Notes: generated by a model from the letters alone, not told the origin. DNA of 64,000 bases from an uncultured cyanobacterium (GCA_963740315.1 CAVUDP010000002.1:672001-736000); one strand, 5' to 3'; positions 9,825 to 21,590 are shown, numbered from the stretch's first letter. Made by a program: numbers and translations.

Positions 9825-12050
9825 ATGCGTATCCTACTTTTAGAAGATGACGAAGTTTTATCAGATGTGTTGGTGAAGTCTTTGACTCATCAACATTACG
9901 TTGTAGATGCGGTTGAGGATGGTGAAAGTGGATATGAATACGCGACTAACGGTAATTACGAACTGATTTTGATGGATATAGGATTACCGTTATTAGATGG
10001 TATTACTTTGTGTCAGCGGTTGCGTGAGTACGGTTGTTCTACACCCATTTTACTGATGACTGCAAAAAATGTAAATGCGGAGCGAATTCGCGGTTTGGAT
10101 GCGGGTGCTGATGATTACTTAAACAAGCCTTTGGATTTAGATGAACTTCATGCCAGAATTCGGGCTTTGTTGCGTCGGGGAGAAGTTTCGCCAACAACAA
10201 TTTTGTCTGTGGGTGAATTATCTTTAAACCCCAGTACGGCTAAGGTAAAGTACGGCGATCGAGAATTAAAAATAACACCAAAAGAATACAATTTATTAGA
10301 ACTATTTTTACGAAATCCTTCGCGGGTTTACAGTCGTACCCAAATTGTCGATCATCTTTGGAATTTTGACGATCCACCTTTGGAAGAAAGCGTCAAGGCG
10401 CATATTAAAGGATTACGGCAAAAGTTGAAGAAAGCGGGGGCTGTTGATTGGATTGAAAATGTTTATGGTTTGGGATACCGTCTCAATCCTCAAAAAACGG
10501 AGTCAATTGAGCAACAGTATCGCGGTACTGTTGATAAATTGTGGCAACAATATCAAGATGTCATGGTTAAAAGAATGACAGTTTTGCAAACAGCCGCGAT
10601 CGCAGTCAAATCTGGAAAACTAACTAAGGAATTGCAAAAGTCAGCAGAGAAAGAAGCCCATAAACTCGCGGGAGTTTTAGGAATGTTTGGGCGGGAAACT
10701 GGAACTCAGTTGGCAAGGGAAATTGAGGAGTTACTTTCACAAGATAGTTATGCTTGCAATAAGTTACCGTATTTAGTACAACAATTAGATGAACTTCTGG
10801 CTTTATCGATAGGTGATGCTGATTCTACAGATACGGCAGGGTTACTATTAATTGATTATAATTTGCAATTAGGGGCAAAATTACAACAACTTGCATCAAG
10901 TCAGGGGAGTTGGTACCAAGTTAAAAATATTCAGTTAGCTCAAGAATGGTTGCAAAGTCATTCACCTGATTTAGTTGTATTGAGTGTAGATGGAGCAATT
11001 AAACCCCAGGATTTGAGACTTATTGCTAATTTAGCGGCACGTACACCCGCAATTTCTGTAATAGTTATTGCAGAATTAGATGATTTGGATTACCGCGTGA
11101 AAGTAGCGCAGGCTGGGGGATGTGGCTTTTTAGTTAAGCCGAATGCAACTCAAATATGGGATTTTTGTAACGAGCAACTACAACGCGATAGAGCCAGCAA
11201 AGCCGATCGCAATCTTGCCCCCTCGTTGTTAGTCGTAGATGACGATGGGATGTTTTTATCTGCGTTACGTGGGTTATTGTCACCTTGGGGAATCAAATTT
11301 ACGAGTTTGGAAAATCCCAGACGTTTTTGGGAAGTATTAGAGTCAGTAAACCCAGATTTACTGATTTTAGATGTAGAAATGCCAGAAATCGGCGGAATCG
11401 AACTTTGTCGAGCAGTACGTACCGAGCAAAAATGGCAAACTTTACCGATATTGTTTCTGACTTCCCATCGCGACGGGGAAACAATCGAAAAAGTGTTTGC
11501 TGCGGGGGCTGATGATTATGTAAGCAAGCCTGTTGTGGGAGCGGAATTGTTAACTAGAATTACCAATCGTTTGGAAAGAAACCGTTTGTTAAGGACGATT
11601 TCAACAAAAGACTCGCAAACTGGAATTAGTAATTATAGAGAATCAAAAAGCAATTTAGAGAACTTATTTAGTCAAAGTCAACAGAGTAATATTTCTGTTT
11701 GTCTGGCAATTTTAAGTGTCGTAGAATTAAGTAAACTCAACTTTGAGTACGGTCATAATATAGGCGATCGAGTATTACAAAGATGGGGAAAATTAATCCA
11801 AAAAGTGTTTCGCGGTGGCGAAGTGTTAGGATACTGGGGAAATGGAGAATTTATCGTAGGGATGGCGCGATTGAACAAAGTACAAGCAAAAGAACGTGTT
11901 AGTGAAATTCTTACCATCCTCAGACAACAGATATTTACAGCATCCGATGGAACTCGATTTCAAGTAGCATGTAATTGTAAAGTTGTAGAATATCCCGCCG
12001 ACGGAAAAACAATACATTCTTTATATCAAGCTTTGACAATTATTAATTAA
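9825..12050 (+). CDS. Multidomain response regulator (REC, OmpR wHTH, Hpt, REC, REC, degenerate GGDEF)
   Basis: MRILLLEDD, GADDY, HIKGLRQKL...VYGLGY, AHKLAGVLGMFG, GNGEF. Confidence 0.92.
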   Translation: MRILLLEDDEVLSDVLVKSLTHQHYVVDAVEDGESGYEYATNGNYELILMDIGLPLLDGITLCQRLREYGCSTPILLMTAKNVNAERIRGLDAGADDYLNKPLDLDELHARIRALLRRGEVSPTTILSVGELSLNPSTAKVKYGDRELKITPKEYNLLELFLRNPSRVYSRTQIVDHLWNFDDPPLEESVKAHIKGLRQKLKKAGAVDWIENVYGLGYRLNPQKTESIEQQYRGTVDKLWQQYQDVMVKRMTVLQTAAIAVKSGKLTKELQKSAEKEAHKLAGVLGMFGRETGTQLAREIEELLSQDSYACNKLPYLVQQLDELLALSIGDADSTDTAGLLLIDYNLQLGAKLQQLASSQGSWYQVKNIQLAQEWLQSHSPDLVVLSVDGAIKPQDLRLIANLAARTPAISVIVIAELDDLDYRVKVAQAGGCGFLVKPNATQIWDFCNEQLQRDRASKADRNLAPSLLVVDDDGMFLSALRGLLSPWGIKFTSLENPRRFWEVLESVNPDLLILDVEMPEIGGIELCRAVRTEQKWQTLPILFLTSHRDGETIEKVFAAGADDYVSKPVVGAELLTRITNRLERNRLLRTISTKDSQTGISNYRESKSNLENLFSQSQQSNISVCLAILSVVELSKLNFEYGHNIGDRVLQRWGKLIQKVFRGGEVLGYWGNGEFIVGMARLNKVQAKERVSEILTILRQQIFTASDGTRFQVACNCKVVEYPADGKTIHSLYQALTIIN

Positions 12051-12088
12051 CAATTAACAATTATCAATATTGCCTACTCACCGATTAA

Positions 12089-14530
12089 ATGGACAATGAA
12101 TTGATAAAGGAAGAAAATCATCTGTATCGTCTTCTGAGTCGCAACAATGCTTTATTAAAAGCGCAACAAGATGCGGCACTTGACGGTATTTTGGTTGTAG
12201 ATGAAAATCGGCAAGTTGTTTCCTACAATCAGCACTTTTGTAAATTATGGCAAATACCAGAAGATGCGATCGGTGAAGGTAGTTCGCCTAAATTATTGGC
12301 TTATGTATTAACTCAATTACAATCACCAGAATCGTTTTTAGAAAAAGTAAATTATCTTTACGAACATCCCGCAGAAATTAGTCGAGACGAAATATATTTT
12401 AAAGACGGACGAATTTACGATCGTTATTCTAGTCCAATTAAATTAAGTAGTAGAGAATATTGCGGTAGAATTTGGTATTTTCGAGATGTTACCGAACGTC
12501 AGCGAAGAGAAGAAGCTTTAAGATTAATTGTTGAAGGAACTACTACGCAAGTTGGCAGCGAGTTTTTTCGTTCTTGCGTGCGTTCTTTAGCAACTATTTT
12601 AAGAATGCGTTATGCTCTAATCGCCGAATTTTGTTCCGAGTCAAAAGATAAAGTACGTACCTTAGCTTTTTGGACGGGAGAAGAATTTGGCGAAAATTTT
12701 GAGTATGATTTACCACCTACTCCTTGCGGACAATTAATGAATGGAGAAATGCGGAGATATAGCAATTCCGTTCAAAGTTTGTTTCCTCAAGATCCATATT
12801 TAATCTGTTTTGGTGCCGAAAGTTATATTGGTATTCCTTTAATCGATAAAAATGGCACAATTATCGGTTTAATCGCAGCTTTGGATACGAAACCATTACC
12901 AGAAAATACAGAAACAGAAGAATCGATCTTAAAAATTTTCGCTGCAAGAACCGGGGCGGAATTAGAAAGAAGAAATTTAGAAACAGCTTTATTAAAACAG
13001 ATTGAACGAGAAGCTTTGTTAAATCAAATTACTCAGAAAATTCGTAATAGCTTAGATAGCCAACAAATTTTTCAAACCACAGTTAATCAAGTTGGTAAAA
13101 TATTTGGCGTTAGTCGCTGTCACATTCATACTTATATTAATTCTCCTCAACAGCAAATACCATTAGTAGCTGAATATCGTCACCCCCATTACTCTTCAAT
13201 GTTGGGAATTAATATTCCTATAAATGGCAATCCTCACGCTCAAAAAGTTTTAAAACAAGATACAGCTTGTCCCGCACCCGATATTTATCAAGAACCTTTA
13301 TTGCAGCCAGTTCAAGATATTTGTAGCCAATGGGAAGTACAATCACTATTATCAGTAAGGACTTCTTATCAAGGAAAAGCTAATGGATTAATCGTTTTAC
13401 ATCAGTGCGATCGCATTCGTGATTGGACAAAAGATGAAATTAAAATTTTAGAAGCAGTCGCCGCACAAGTAGGTATTGCATTAGCCCAAGCTAGACTTTT
13501 GGAACTAGAAAAAGCAAACGCCAAGCTTTTACAAGTAGCAAAAAACCAAGCCGAAGCAGCCAACCACGCCAAAAGCATATTTATCGCAAATATGAGTCAT
13601 GAATTGCGAACTCCTTTGAATGCAATAATTGGCTTTTCTGGATTAATGCAGCAAAATTCTGCACTTAGCGCTCAACAACAAGAATATTTAAGAATTATCA
13701 ACCGTAGCGGCAAGTCTCTTTTAAATTTAATTAACGATGTCTTGGAAATATCAAAAATCGATGCCGGACAAACTATATTAAATTCAGCTTCTTTAGATTT
13801 ACATAGTTTATTACAAACCTTGTGGTCAACTTTTCAACCCCAAGCCGAAATCAAACATTTATCGCTGCAATTTGATTTACCCCCCGATTTACCCCAACAT
13901 ATTTTGTGTGACGAAAGTAAACTCAAACAAGTTTTATCAAATTTGTTAAGTAATGCCATCAAATTCACCGACAATGGAAGAGTTATTTTAAAAGTTTTTT
14001 TCACCCCCTCTACCCCCTCCAATACCCAAATTTATTTTCAAGTAGAAGACACCGGATACGGTATCGCTTCCGAAGAAATAGACAAACTATTCCAGCCTTT
14101 TGTTCAAACAGTTAAAGGCAATCAAGCAGGAAATGGTACTGGTTTAGGATTAGCAATTAGCCATGAATTTGTACAGTTGATGGGGGGAAATTTAGAAGTA
14201 AAAACTACTCAAGGAGAAGGCAGTATTTTTTACTTTGATATCACCGTTAATTTACTAGAAACCGGCTCTATAGGAACTCAAACATCAGTAGTTTATTTAT
14301 TAGAAGATTTACAAGAAGAGGTGACGAGTCAAAATCTCAAAATCATGTCTTCCGAATGGATAGCCAGCTTACATCAAGCAGCAATTGAAGTTGATGCCGA
14401 TACAGTTTTTCGACTGATTGAACAAATTCCCAATCAATACCAAGTTTTAGCAGAGAAACTGACAATATTAACTCGTAACTATGACTTTGATGCAATTATT
14501 GCCTTAAGTCGAGGGGATGAAAATGTTTGA
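12089..14530 (+). CDS. PAS/GAF/GAF histidine kinase
   Basis: DGILVVD...FRDVTE PAS, two GAF-like segments, [16 protein letters not shown]. Confidence 0.92.
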   Translation: MDNELIKEENHLYRLLSRNNALLKAQQDAALDGILVVDENRQVVSYNQHFCKLWQIPEDAIGEGSSPKLLAYVLTQLQSPESFLEKVNYLYEHPAEISRDEIYFKDGRIYDRYSSPIKLSSREYCGRIWYFRDVTERQRREEALRLIVEGTTTQVGSEFFRSCVRSLATILRMRYALIAEFCSESKDKVRTLAFWTGEEFGENFEYDLPPTPCGQLMNGEMRRYSNSVQSLFPQDPYLICFGAESYIGIPLIDKNGTIIGLIAALDTKPLPENTETEESILKIFAARTGAELERRNLETALLKQIEREALLNQITQKIRNSLDSQQIFQTTVNQVGKIFGVSRCHIHTYINSPQQQIPLVAEYRHPHYSSMLGINIPINGNPHAQKVLKQDTACPAPDIYQEPLLQPVQDICSQWEVQSLLSVRTSYQGKANGLIVLHQCDRIRDWTKDEIKILEAVAAQVGIALAQARLLELEKANAKLLQVAKNQAEAANHAKSIFIANMSHELRTPLNAIIGFSGLMQQNSALSAQQQEYLRIINRSGKSLLNLINDVLEISKIDAGQTILNSASLDLHSLLQTLWSTFQPQAEIKHLSLQFDLPPDLPQHILCDESKLKQVLSNLLSNAIKFTDNGRVILKVFFTPSTPSNTQIYFQVEDTGYGIASEEIDKLFQPFVQTVKGNQAGNGTGLGLAISHEFVQLMGGNLEVKTTQGEGSIFYFDITVNLLETGSIGTQTSVVYLLEDLQEEVTSQNLKIMSSEWIASLHQAAIEVDADTVFRLIEQIPNQYQVLAEKLTILTRNYDFDAIIALSRGDENV

Positions 14531-16034
14531 AATTGCAACCAACATCAAAGCAGATATTTTAGTCATTGACGACACTCCAGAAAACTTAGCACTACTGTCG
14601 CAAATACTCAAAGATAAAGGATATAAAGTTCGCAGCGTAACCAAACCTTCTACAGGTTTGCGAGGAGCGAAAGCCGCACCTCCCGATTTAATTTTGCTTG
14701 ATGTCAAAATGCCGGAAATGAACGGTTATGAAGTATGTCAACATTTGAAAGCAGATGAAATTACCCGCGATATTCCTGTAATTTTTATCAGTGCCTTGGG
14801 AGATGTGTTAGATAAAGTCAAAGCCTTTGAAGTTGGCGGTGTCGATTATATTACCAAACCCTTGCAAGTAGAAGAAGTTTTAGCGCGGATAGAAACCCAT
14901 TTAACAATCAGACGACTGCAACAGCAACTTCAAACTAATAATAGACAGCTACAACAGGAAATATCAGAAAAAACCGCAGCAGAAGAAAAGTTTGCTAAAG
15001 CCTTTCGTTTGAGTCCAAATCCAATCGCGATCGCAACTCTGGCAGAAAATCGTTTTATCGATATCAACCGCAGTTTTCTAGAAATGAGTGGTTATTCTCA
15101 AGTAGAAATTGTGGAAAAATCTGCTACTAACCTCAATCTTTGGATCAACCCTCAAGTCTATAAAGATTTAGTCAAAATATTACTACAAAATGGCTTTTCA
15201 CACAATCAAGAATGTCAAATTCGTACCAAAAAAGGCGAAATAAAAACAGTTTTACTTTCTATGGAATTAATCGAACTTGATGGCGTTGCTTGTACTTTAA
15301 ATATGATCAACGATATTACCGAACGCAAGCGTTTAGAAGATGAATTTATTTCTTTAGTAAGTCATGAACTACGCACGCCAATGAATTCAATAATCGGCGC
15401 TTTAGATTTGTTGAATACCCAGCAATTAGGAACTTTAAACGATAAAGGAAAGCAAATTATTAATATTGCCATAAATAACACCGAACGTCTGATCCGCTTA
15501 GTAAATGACATTCTCGATTTAGAGCGGATAAAATCGGGTAAAATAGCCATGCAGCCCTCAAAATATAATGCTTCGGAATTATTAATTCAAGCAGCCCAAA
15601 CAATGCAATCAATGGCATATACAGCCCAAATTACTTTAAATGTAGAACCGATTTCAGTTGAGATTATTGTAGATTCAGACCGAATTTTGCAAGCTTTAAC
15701 TAACTTATTAAGTAATGCGATAAAATTTTCCGAACCTGGTAAAACCGTGTGGTTGCGTAGTATTATAAAATCAGAATATTTGCAAATAGAAGTCCAAGAT
15801 ACAGGAAGAGGAATTCCCCCCGACAAACTACAGTTAATCTTTGAACGTTTCCAACAAGTAGACGCTTCCGACTCCCGCAGCAAAGGCGGTACCGGCTTAG
15901 GGCTTCCCATTTGTCGCCGCATCATCGAACAACATCACGGACGAATTTGGGTAGAAAGTATTTTTGGTAAAGGAAGCACTTTTTGTATTCAGTTACCTTT
16001 AATTGATAAGGAAGGGGTAATGGGTAATGGGTAA
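14517..16034 (+). CDS. REC-PAS-histidine kinase
   Basis: [31 protein letters not shown]. Confidence 0.92.
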   Translation: MKMFEIATNIKADILVIDDTPENLALLSQILKDKGYKVRSVTKPSTGLRGAKAAPPDLILLDVKMPEMNGYEVCQHLKADEITRDIPVIFISALGDVLDKVKAFEVGGVDYITKPLQVEEVLARIETHLTIRRLQQQLQTNNRQLQQEISEKTAAEEKFAKAFRLSPNPIAIATLAENRFIDINRSFLEMSGYSQVEIVEKSATNLNLWINPQVYKDLVKILLQNGFSHNQECQIRTKKGEIKTVLLSMELIELDGVACTLNMINDITERKRLEDEFISLVSHELRTPMNSIIGALDLLNTQQLGTLNDKGKQIINIAINNTERLIRLVNDILDLERIKSGKIAMQPSKYNASELLIQAAQTMQSMAYTAQITLNVEPISVEIIVDSDRILQALTNLLSNAIKFSEPGKTVWLRSIIKSEYLQIEVQDTGRGIPPDKLQLIFERFQQVDASDSRSKGGTGLGLPICRRIIEQHHGRIWVESIFGKGSTFCIQLPLIDKEGVMGNG

Positions 16035-16097
16035 TTTACGCGAGTTTTTTCAAAAATCTACGGATTAGTCCTATAGTTGATAATTGATAATTGATTT

Positions 16098-16472
16098 ATG
16101 AGTAAATGTATTTTAATAGTTGATGATGAAGCAGATGTTAGAGCGCTGATTCAGCTAGGTTTAGAAATGCAAGCTGGTTGGAAGGTACTTAATGCTAATT
16201 CCGGAGAAGAAGCAATCAAAATTGCAGCCAGTCACCAGCCTGATGTCATTTTGTTGGATTTAATGATGCCGGATATGGATGGTAAAACAACTCTACAAAA
16301 ATTAAAAAATGACCCTAAAACTCAGCAAATACCCGTAATTTTAATGACTGCTAAAGGTAAATCCTCCGTTGAAGAAAGCTTTGCACATTTAGATTTGGCA
16401 GCGATATTTACCAAGCCGTTACGCCCTTTGAATCTTGCACAACAGATAAGTGAAGTATTATCTTGTAAGTGA
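16098..16472 (+). CDS. Single-domain (CheY-like) response regulator
   Basis: ILIVDDE, PDVILLDLMMPDMDG, KP. Confidence 0.93.
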   Translation: MSKCILIVDDEADVRALIQLGLEMQAGWKVLNANSGEEAIKIAASHQPDVILLDLMMPDMDGKTTLQKLKNDPKTQQIPVILMTAKGKSSVEESFAHLDLAAIFTKPLRPLNLAQQISEVLSCK

Positions 16473-16589
16473 AATGCGCGGGGAAGTTGTCAAATTTACT
16501 AAAAACCTCTCTCTAAATCTCTCTCCTACTAGGAGAGAGACTTTGAAATCAGAAAAGGGGACTGGGGGGTTAGGAAATATCAGTTAATA

Positions 16590-17117
16590 TCAATCAACTT
16601 CAGTTACTAATAATTGCCATTCAATTACAACAGCTTTGGGAATTTTTAAAATCTTTTTGTCTTTGCCTAATAATGGTAAATCTAATTGCAATGATTCAAC
16701 TGTAGTTAACTTCGGTAAAATATTAGTTAAGTTATACTCTCCAACATTTGGCGCTGGTGATGAATCTGCAAAAACGTCGGAGGCACTGAATAATTTTCCC
16801 GACGCTGTAATTATTTCTAAAGAATGAGGATGAGAAAATTCAAATACACCGGGAAAGCCAACTATTCTTAAATCTAATTCTTGCTTTACACCGGGATTAA
16901 TCTTTTTAAATAGCAACACTTGCCAATTATATTCTTGTTTATCTTTGATGGATACCTGGGAATGATAGCGTAAAACTCCCGGTGCATCGTGATGTTGACG
17001 AAGCATGGCTGCGGATTCTTGGGTAGTTAATCCGATCGCAATTAAGAGTAAAATGGCGATTACCTTCGGTAGAGCTTCGCTTAACGCAAAACAGCGTTGT
17101 AATAAGTTTTTTCGCAT
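16590..17117 (-). CDS. DUF3122 family protein
   Basis: Signal-like N-terminus; WQVLLFK, LRIVGFPG, HPxxL, NVGEY. Confidence 0.75.
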   Translation of the reverse strand: MRKNLLQRCFALSEALPKVIAILLLIAIGLTTQESAAMLRQHHDAPGVLRYHSQVSIKDKQEYNWQVLLFKKINPGVKQELDLRIVGFPGVFEFSHPHSLEIITASGKLFSASDVFADSSPAPNVGEYNLTNILPKLTTVESLQLDLPLLGKDKKILKIPKAVVIEWQLLVTEVD

Positions 17118-17360
17118 TGATTTAATTTAAGGAGAGAGGGGGGAGAGGGGGAAGAGGGGGGAGAAAGAGTTAGGAGTTAAGAGTTAAGAATTATCAATTA
17201 CCAATGCCCAATGCCCCATTCCCAAATAAATTGTAAAACTTTTAATAAGATATGCGATTTTTCCGCGATTTGCTATTGGCACTTTGTTGGGAAGCGAATA
17301 AACTGAAGTAATAAGTACAAATGTTCTTTAGCGCTTCGTTAAGTCAGGTAAGGGGGTGTC

Positions 17361-18986
17361 ATGGCTAATTCTCATGAAAATAAAGCAACAGAAAGTAAGG
17401 AAATGCCTTATTTTGGGCTGGTTGAGCAGATAGATTTGATGATTCGAGCGCGGTATTCGATACTATATGCGATCGCAGTTGAGGAAGAGCCTTTAGAAGA
17501 GGTTTTATTTAAAGTCGCTTCCCTTTCCCAACCGGCGCGTCAGGTATTATTTTGGGATGTGGTGCGGGGTTGGAGCGATAACGGTGCCGATAAGGGATCT
17601 GTAATGGCGGCGCTGTCTCGCATTGGTAAAACCGACGCACAGAAATCGGTAATGTTTGTGTTGCGGGATTTGCACCCCTACATCAAAAATCCTACCACCG
17701 AAAAGAGTGCGCCGATTATGCGGGAGTTGCGAAATTTAGCCAGGGAATTGAAGCGCAGTCGCAAGTCTATTATTATTACCAGCCATACTTTAGAATTACC
17801 CGCAGAGTTGCAAGAGGAAGTTACGGTTATTGATTTTCCCTTACCCGACGTGCCGGAAATTAACTATTTAATCGAACAGTTGGTGGTACCCGAAAAGCTG
17901 AAATTAGCAGGTTTGGCGCGGGAGCAGTTGGTGAAAGCCTGTCAGGGATTGAGTCGAACCCGGATTCAGCGAGTTTTAGCGAAAGCTTTGGCAGCGAAAC
18001 AGCAGGTTAACGAGTCTGATATTAGCGGTGTTTTGGCAGAGAAAAAGCAAACCATCCGTCAAACTGGAATATTAGAATTTTTTACACCTTCCGAATCCTT
18101 GAAACGAGTCGGAGGATTAGATCAACTTAAACAATGGGTGCAATTGCGTCAAGATGCTTTCACCGAAGAAGCCAGACGTTACGGTATACCCAATCCCAAA
18201 GGCACGTTACTCGTAGGAATTCAAGGTACGGGTAAATCTTTGAGTGCAAAAACAATCGCCCACGAATGGCGTTTACCCTTATTAAGACTCGATAGCGGGC
18301 GCTTATTTGGCGGAATCGTCGGGGAAAGTGAAAGCCGCGTGCGTCAAATGATTCAAGTCACCGAAGCAATGGCACCCTGCGTGTTATGGATAGATGAGAT
18401 AGATAAAGCATTCGGCAACATTAACAGCGGAGTTGATGGAGATTCCGGTACATCGCGCCGAGTATTTGGTAGCTTGATTACCTGGATGCAGGAGAAAACC
18501 AGCCCGGTATTTATTGTTGCCACAGCGAACAACGTGCAGATATTGCCAGCAGAATTATTGCGGAAAGGAAGATTTGACGAAATATTCTTTTTGAATTTAC
18601 CTACCGAAGCTGAAAGACAGGATATTTTCAAGGTTCATATTCAGAAATTACGTCCTAATCGACTGCGAGATTTTGACTTACCTTTATTAGCCCAGCAGAC
18701 GCAAAACTTCAGCGGCGCGGAGATAGAGCAAGTGATAGTGGATGCCATGCATCGGGCATTTTCACGCAAAGAAAACGGGCAAAGAAGAGACTTTATTACA
18801 GAAGATATATTGCAAGCAGTAGCGCAAACAGTACCATTAGCCAGCATAGCCCACGAACAAATTGAAGCCTTAAAACAGTGGGCAGCGCAAGCAGGTGCCA
18901 GAAGTGCATCCAACGACGTGCAGTTAGTAGAAGAGTTGAAACAGTATACAGCACAGCAGGGGATTGCGCCCTTGGAGGTGGATTGA
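17361..18986 (+). CDS. ycf46: Ycf46-like AAA ATPase
   Basis: VGGLDQLKQW, Walker A GIQGTGKS, Walker B LWIDEIDK, ELLRKGRFDEIFF. Confidence 0.9.
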   Translation: MANSHENKATESKEMPYFGLVEQIDLMIRARYSILYAIAVEEEPLEEVLFKVASLSQPARQVLFWDVVRGWSDNGADKGSVMAALSRIGKTDAQKSVMFVLRDLHPYIKNPTTEKSAPIMRELRNLARELKRSRKSIIITSHTLELPAELQEEVTVIDFPLPDVPEINYLIEQLVVPEKLKLAGLAREQLVKACQGLSRTRIQRVLAKALAAKQQVNESDISGVLAEKKQTIRQTGILEFFTPSESLKRVGGLDQLKQWVQLRQDAFTEEARRYGIPNPKGTLLVGIQGTGKSLSAKTIAHEWRLPLLRLDSGRLFGGIVGESESRVRQMIQVTEAMAPCVLWIDEIDKAFGNINSGVDGDSGTSRRVFGSLITWMQEKTSPVFIVATANNVQILPAELLRKGRFDEIFFLNLPTEAERQDIFKVHIQKLRPNRLRDFDLPLLAQQTQNFSGAEIEQVIVDAMHRAFSRKENGQRRDFITEDILQAVAQTVPLASIAHEQIEALKQWAAQAGARSASNDVQLVEELKQYTAQQGIAPLEVD

Positions 18987-18989
18987 GAG

Positions 18990-19148
18990 AATGGGGGGAG
19001 GGGGGAGAGGGGGAAGAGGGGGGAGACAAGGGGATGGGGTGATGGGGAGATGGGGGAGAAAGAGTTAGGAGTTAGGAGTTAATAGTTAGGAATTATCAAT
19101 TACCAATGCCCAATGCCCAATTACCAATTACCAATTACCAATTACCAA
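18990..19148. repeat. Composite of G-rich, AGTTAGG and CCAATTA/CCAATGC tandem repeats
   Basis: A similar composite lies at 17134-17225. Confidence 0.8.
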
Positions 19149-19155
19149 ATTAATT

Positions 19156-19530
19156 ATGTCTCACTTTACAAGTATCAAGGTTCAAATTAAACACGGTGAA
19201 ATTTTACATCAGGTGTTGCAAGAGTTAGGCTATCAAGTCGAGTGCAATACTCAGGTGCGGGGATATCATGGCGATCGCACTCAAGCTGAATATGTAATTC
19301 GACAAAGTAACGGTTACGATTTGGGTTTTCGTCGCCAAGGTGAAGGTTATGAAATAGTAGCTGATTTTTGGGGTGCGAAGATTAATCAAAAGCAGTTTGT
19401 GAATTCAATTACTCAAAAGTATGCTCATAAAACTCTGATGAATACTGTTGCGGAACAGGGTTTTAATGTTGAGGAAGAGGAAGTTTTGGAAGATGGTACT
19501 GTGAGGGTTGTTGTGGGGAGTTGGGTGTGA
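19156..19530 (+). CDS. DUF1257 (Ycf35-like) protein
   Basis: MSHFTSIK, VRGYxG, YDLGF, ADFWG, QKYA. Confidence 0.88.
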   Translation: MSHFTSIKVQIKHGEILHQVLQELGYQVECNTQVRGYHGDRTQAEYVIRQSNGYDLGFRRQGEGYEIVADFWGAKINQKQFVNSITQKYAHKTLMNTVAEQGFNVEEEEVLEDGTVRVVVGSWV

Positions 19531-19888
19531 ATAACCATAACTATACTTTTGTCATTGCGAGGAGGCACGACGAAGCAATCGCAAGGGTTTTGGGATTTTT
19601 ACATTCCGTTATATAGAATAACCTGGCGATTCAAATCGCGGCTACACAAGCGAAACCCGCCTGAGCCGCACCTTCGGTGAACGCGGGTTTAATTAATCAA
19701 ATTATTCATAATTTTGTAGATTGTGTTAGCGATAGCGTAACGCACCATTCTCAATAATTTTTGGTGTGTTACGGATTCTTATAAACTTAGAAAAGTATCG
19801 TGTTCCAAAAATGAAGATCCCCCCAACCCCCCTTAAAAAGTGGGGCTTCGTGTAAATTTTATAAATTATCAAATTACTAATAAAATCC

Positions 19889-20296
19889 ATGTCACATTTC
19901 ACAAGTATAAAAACCCAAATAAAAGATAAAGACGCATTAGTTAAAGCTTTGGCTGATGTGGGTTTAAAAAATATTGAAGTTCACGAAACTGCACAACATT
20001 TATATGGTTATCAAGGTGATGTACGTGCGGAAACTGCGGAAATAATTATTCGCCGTAAGTATATTGGTTCATCTAGTAATGATATTGGTTTTAAATTACA
20101 GGATGATGGGCAGTTTCAAGCGATTATATCTGAATATGACCGGGGTAGATATAATCAACAATGGTTGGGTAAGGTGATGCAGCGTTATGGTTATTATGCT
20201 TTGATGGCTTCGGCTCAGGAACAAGGTTTTACGGTGGAGGAAGATGAGGTTATGGAAGATGGTACGGTTAGGGTTGTTGTGGCTAGGTGGAGTTAA
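19889..20296 (+). CDS. DUF1257 protein, second paralog
   Basis: MSHFTSIKT, LYGYQGD, SNDIGF; shared C-terminus EDGTVRVVV. Confidence 0.85.
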   Translation: MSHFTSIKTQIKDKDALVKALADVGLKNIEVHETAQHLYGYQGDVRAETAEIIIRRKYIGSSSNDIGFKLQDDGQFQAIISEYDRGRYNQQWLGKVMQRYGYYALMASAQEQGFTVEEDEVMEDGTVRVVVARWS

Positions 20297-20360
20297 GGGA
20301 ACGGATGCATTTTTTTTTGATTAAGGAATGTGTTTGTTTTGGATAACGGATGAATTTTTT

Positions 20361-21590
20361 TTACTCTTCTAATCCCCAAACTTTGACTGTTTTATCACTA
20401 CTACCGCTAAACAAATATTTACCATTGGGGCTTAAAGCAATTGAATTAACTTCTGCTGAATGTCCGGTTAGTGTAGCTTGAAGTTTTCCTGACTTCCAAT
20501 TCCAAACTTTGATTGTTGTGTCGTTGCTAGCGCTGATTAAAGTTTTTCCATCTGGAGCGATCGCAAGGGAATTGACACCTAAAGAATGTCCTTCTAAAGT
20601 TCGTATTAGTTCTCCTTTCTGCCAATCCCAAATTTTTATCGTATTATCTCCGCTACCGCTGAATAATGTTTTTCCGTCTGGGGAAAGACACAAAACTCTT
20701 ACTGATGATGAATGTTCTTCTAAAGTATTTATTAGTTCTTCTTTCTGCCAATCCCAAATTTTAATAGTTTTATCTCTACTACCACTAAATAAAGTATTTT
20801 CATATACTGCTAAAGAGAAAATTGTCTTTGAATGTCCTTTTAAAAGAGATTTACGCTTCTGACGAACTATATCCCATACTTTGATAGTACCGCCCATGTT
20901 GCCTATAAATAAAACATCACCATTTTTATTACAATGTAAAGAATGATGTGACCCATTTAGTTCGCCGTGAAAAATATTTCTAGATTGAGGATTGTTATAG
21001 TATAGTTCTATTATCTTGACCCAATTACTGCGAATATAAACAGTTTTCCTAGCATAGTTAACATATACAAAATTAACTGATTCATTACTGTGACTAGATA
21101 AGTTAACTTTACCAAAACCACTAGATAACTTGTCTTTATTAACAAGATGTGTTTTAATTTCGTTTTTCTGCCAATTCCAGACAATAACATTATCTTCACT
21201 ACCACTGATAATAATTTCTTCATCAGGTGTTATACAGACCGAGTGAACTGTAGATTCATGTCCTTCAAACGTTAAAATACATTTGAAACACTGATAATCG
21301 CTATACTGTTTTAAAGTTTGTTTTGCTGCTATCTCTTCTCTGTCTTCAAGCAATGAATATGCAATTGTTCTAACTTGTCTTACATCATTCCATAAAGCTT
21401 GAATTACTAATTCTAAACCAGCATCACTATAATTCAACGCTTGATATAATCCTGCAATCCTTACTTTCACATCTGAATTAGCCAATCTTCGTTTAACACC
21501 TTCAATTCCTCCTAAAACCACACCATCAACAGGAGCTTGGTTTCTACCACCAAGCACCGCATCGTATTCTCTAGGTTGATTTTCTGACAT
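20361..21590 (-). CDS. WD40-repeat protein with shared DAVLGG N-terminal module
   Basis: GH...SGSxDxTIKIWD repeats; N-terminus QPREYDAVLGG...VLGGIEGVKRRL. Confidence 0.9.
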   Translation of the reverse strand: MSENQPREYDAVLGGRNQAPVDGVVLGGIEGVKRRLANSDVKVRIAGLYQALNYSDAGLELVIQALWNDVRQVRTIAYSLLEDREEIAAKQTLKQYSDYQCFKCILTFEGHESTVHSVCITPDEEIIISGSEDNVIVWNWQKNEIKTHLVNKDKLSSGFGKVNLSSHSNESVNFVYVNYARKTVYIRSNWVKIIELYYNNPQSRNIFHGELNGSHHSLHCNKNGDVLFIGNMGGTIKVWDIVRQKRKSLLKGHSKTIFSLAVYENTLFSGSRDKTIKIWDWQKEELINTLEEHSSSVRVLCLSPDGKTLFSGSGDNTIKIWDWQKGELIRTLEGHSLGVNSLAIAPDGKTLISASNDTTIKVWNWKSGKLQATLTGHSAEVNSIALSPNGKYLFSGSSDKTVKVWGLEE

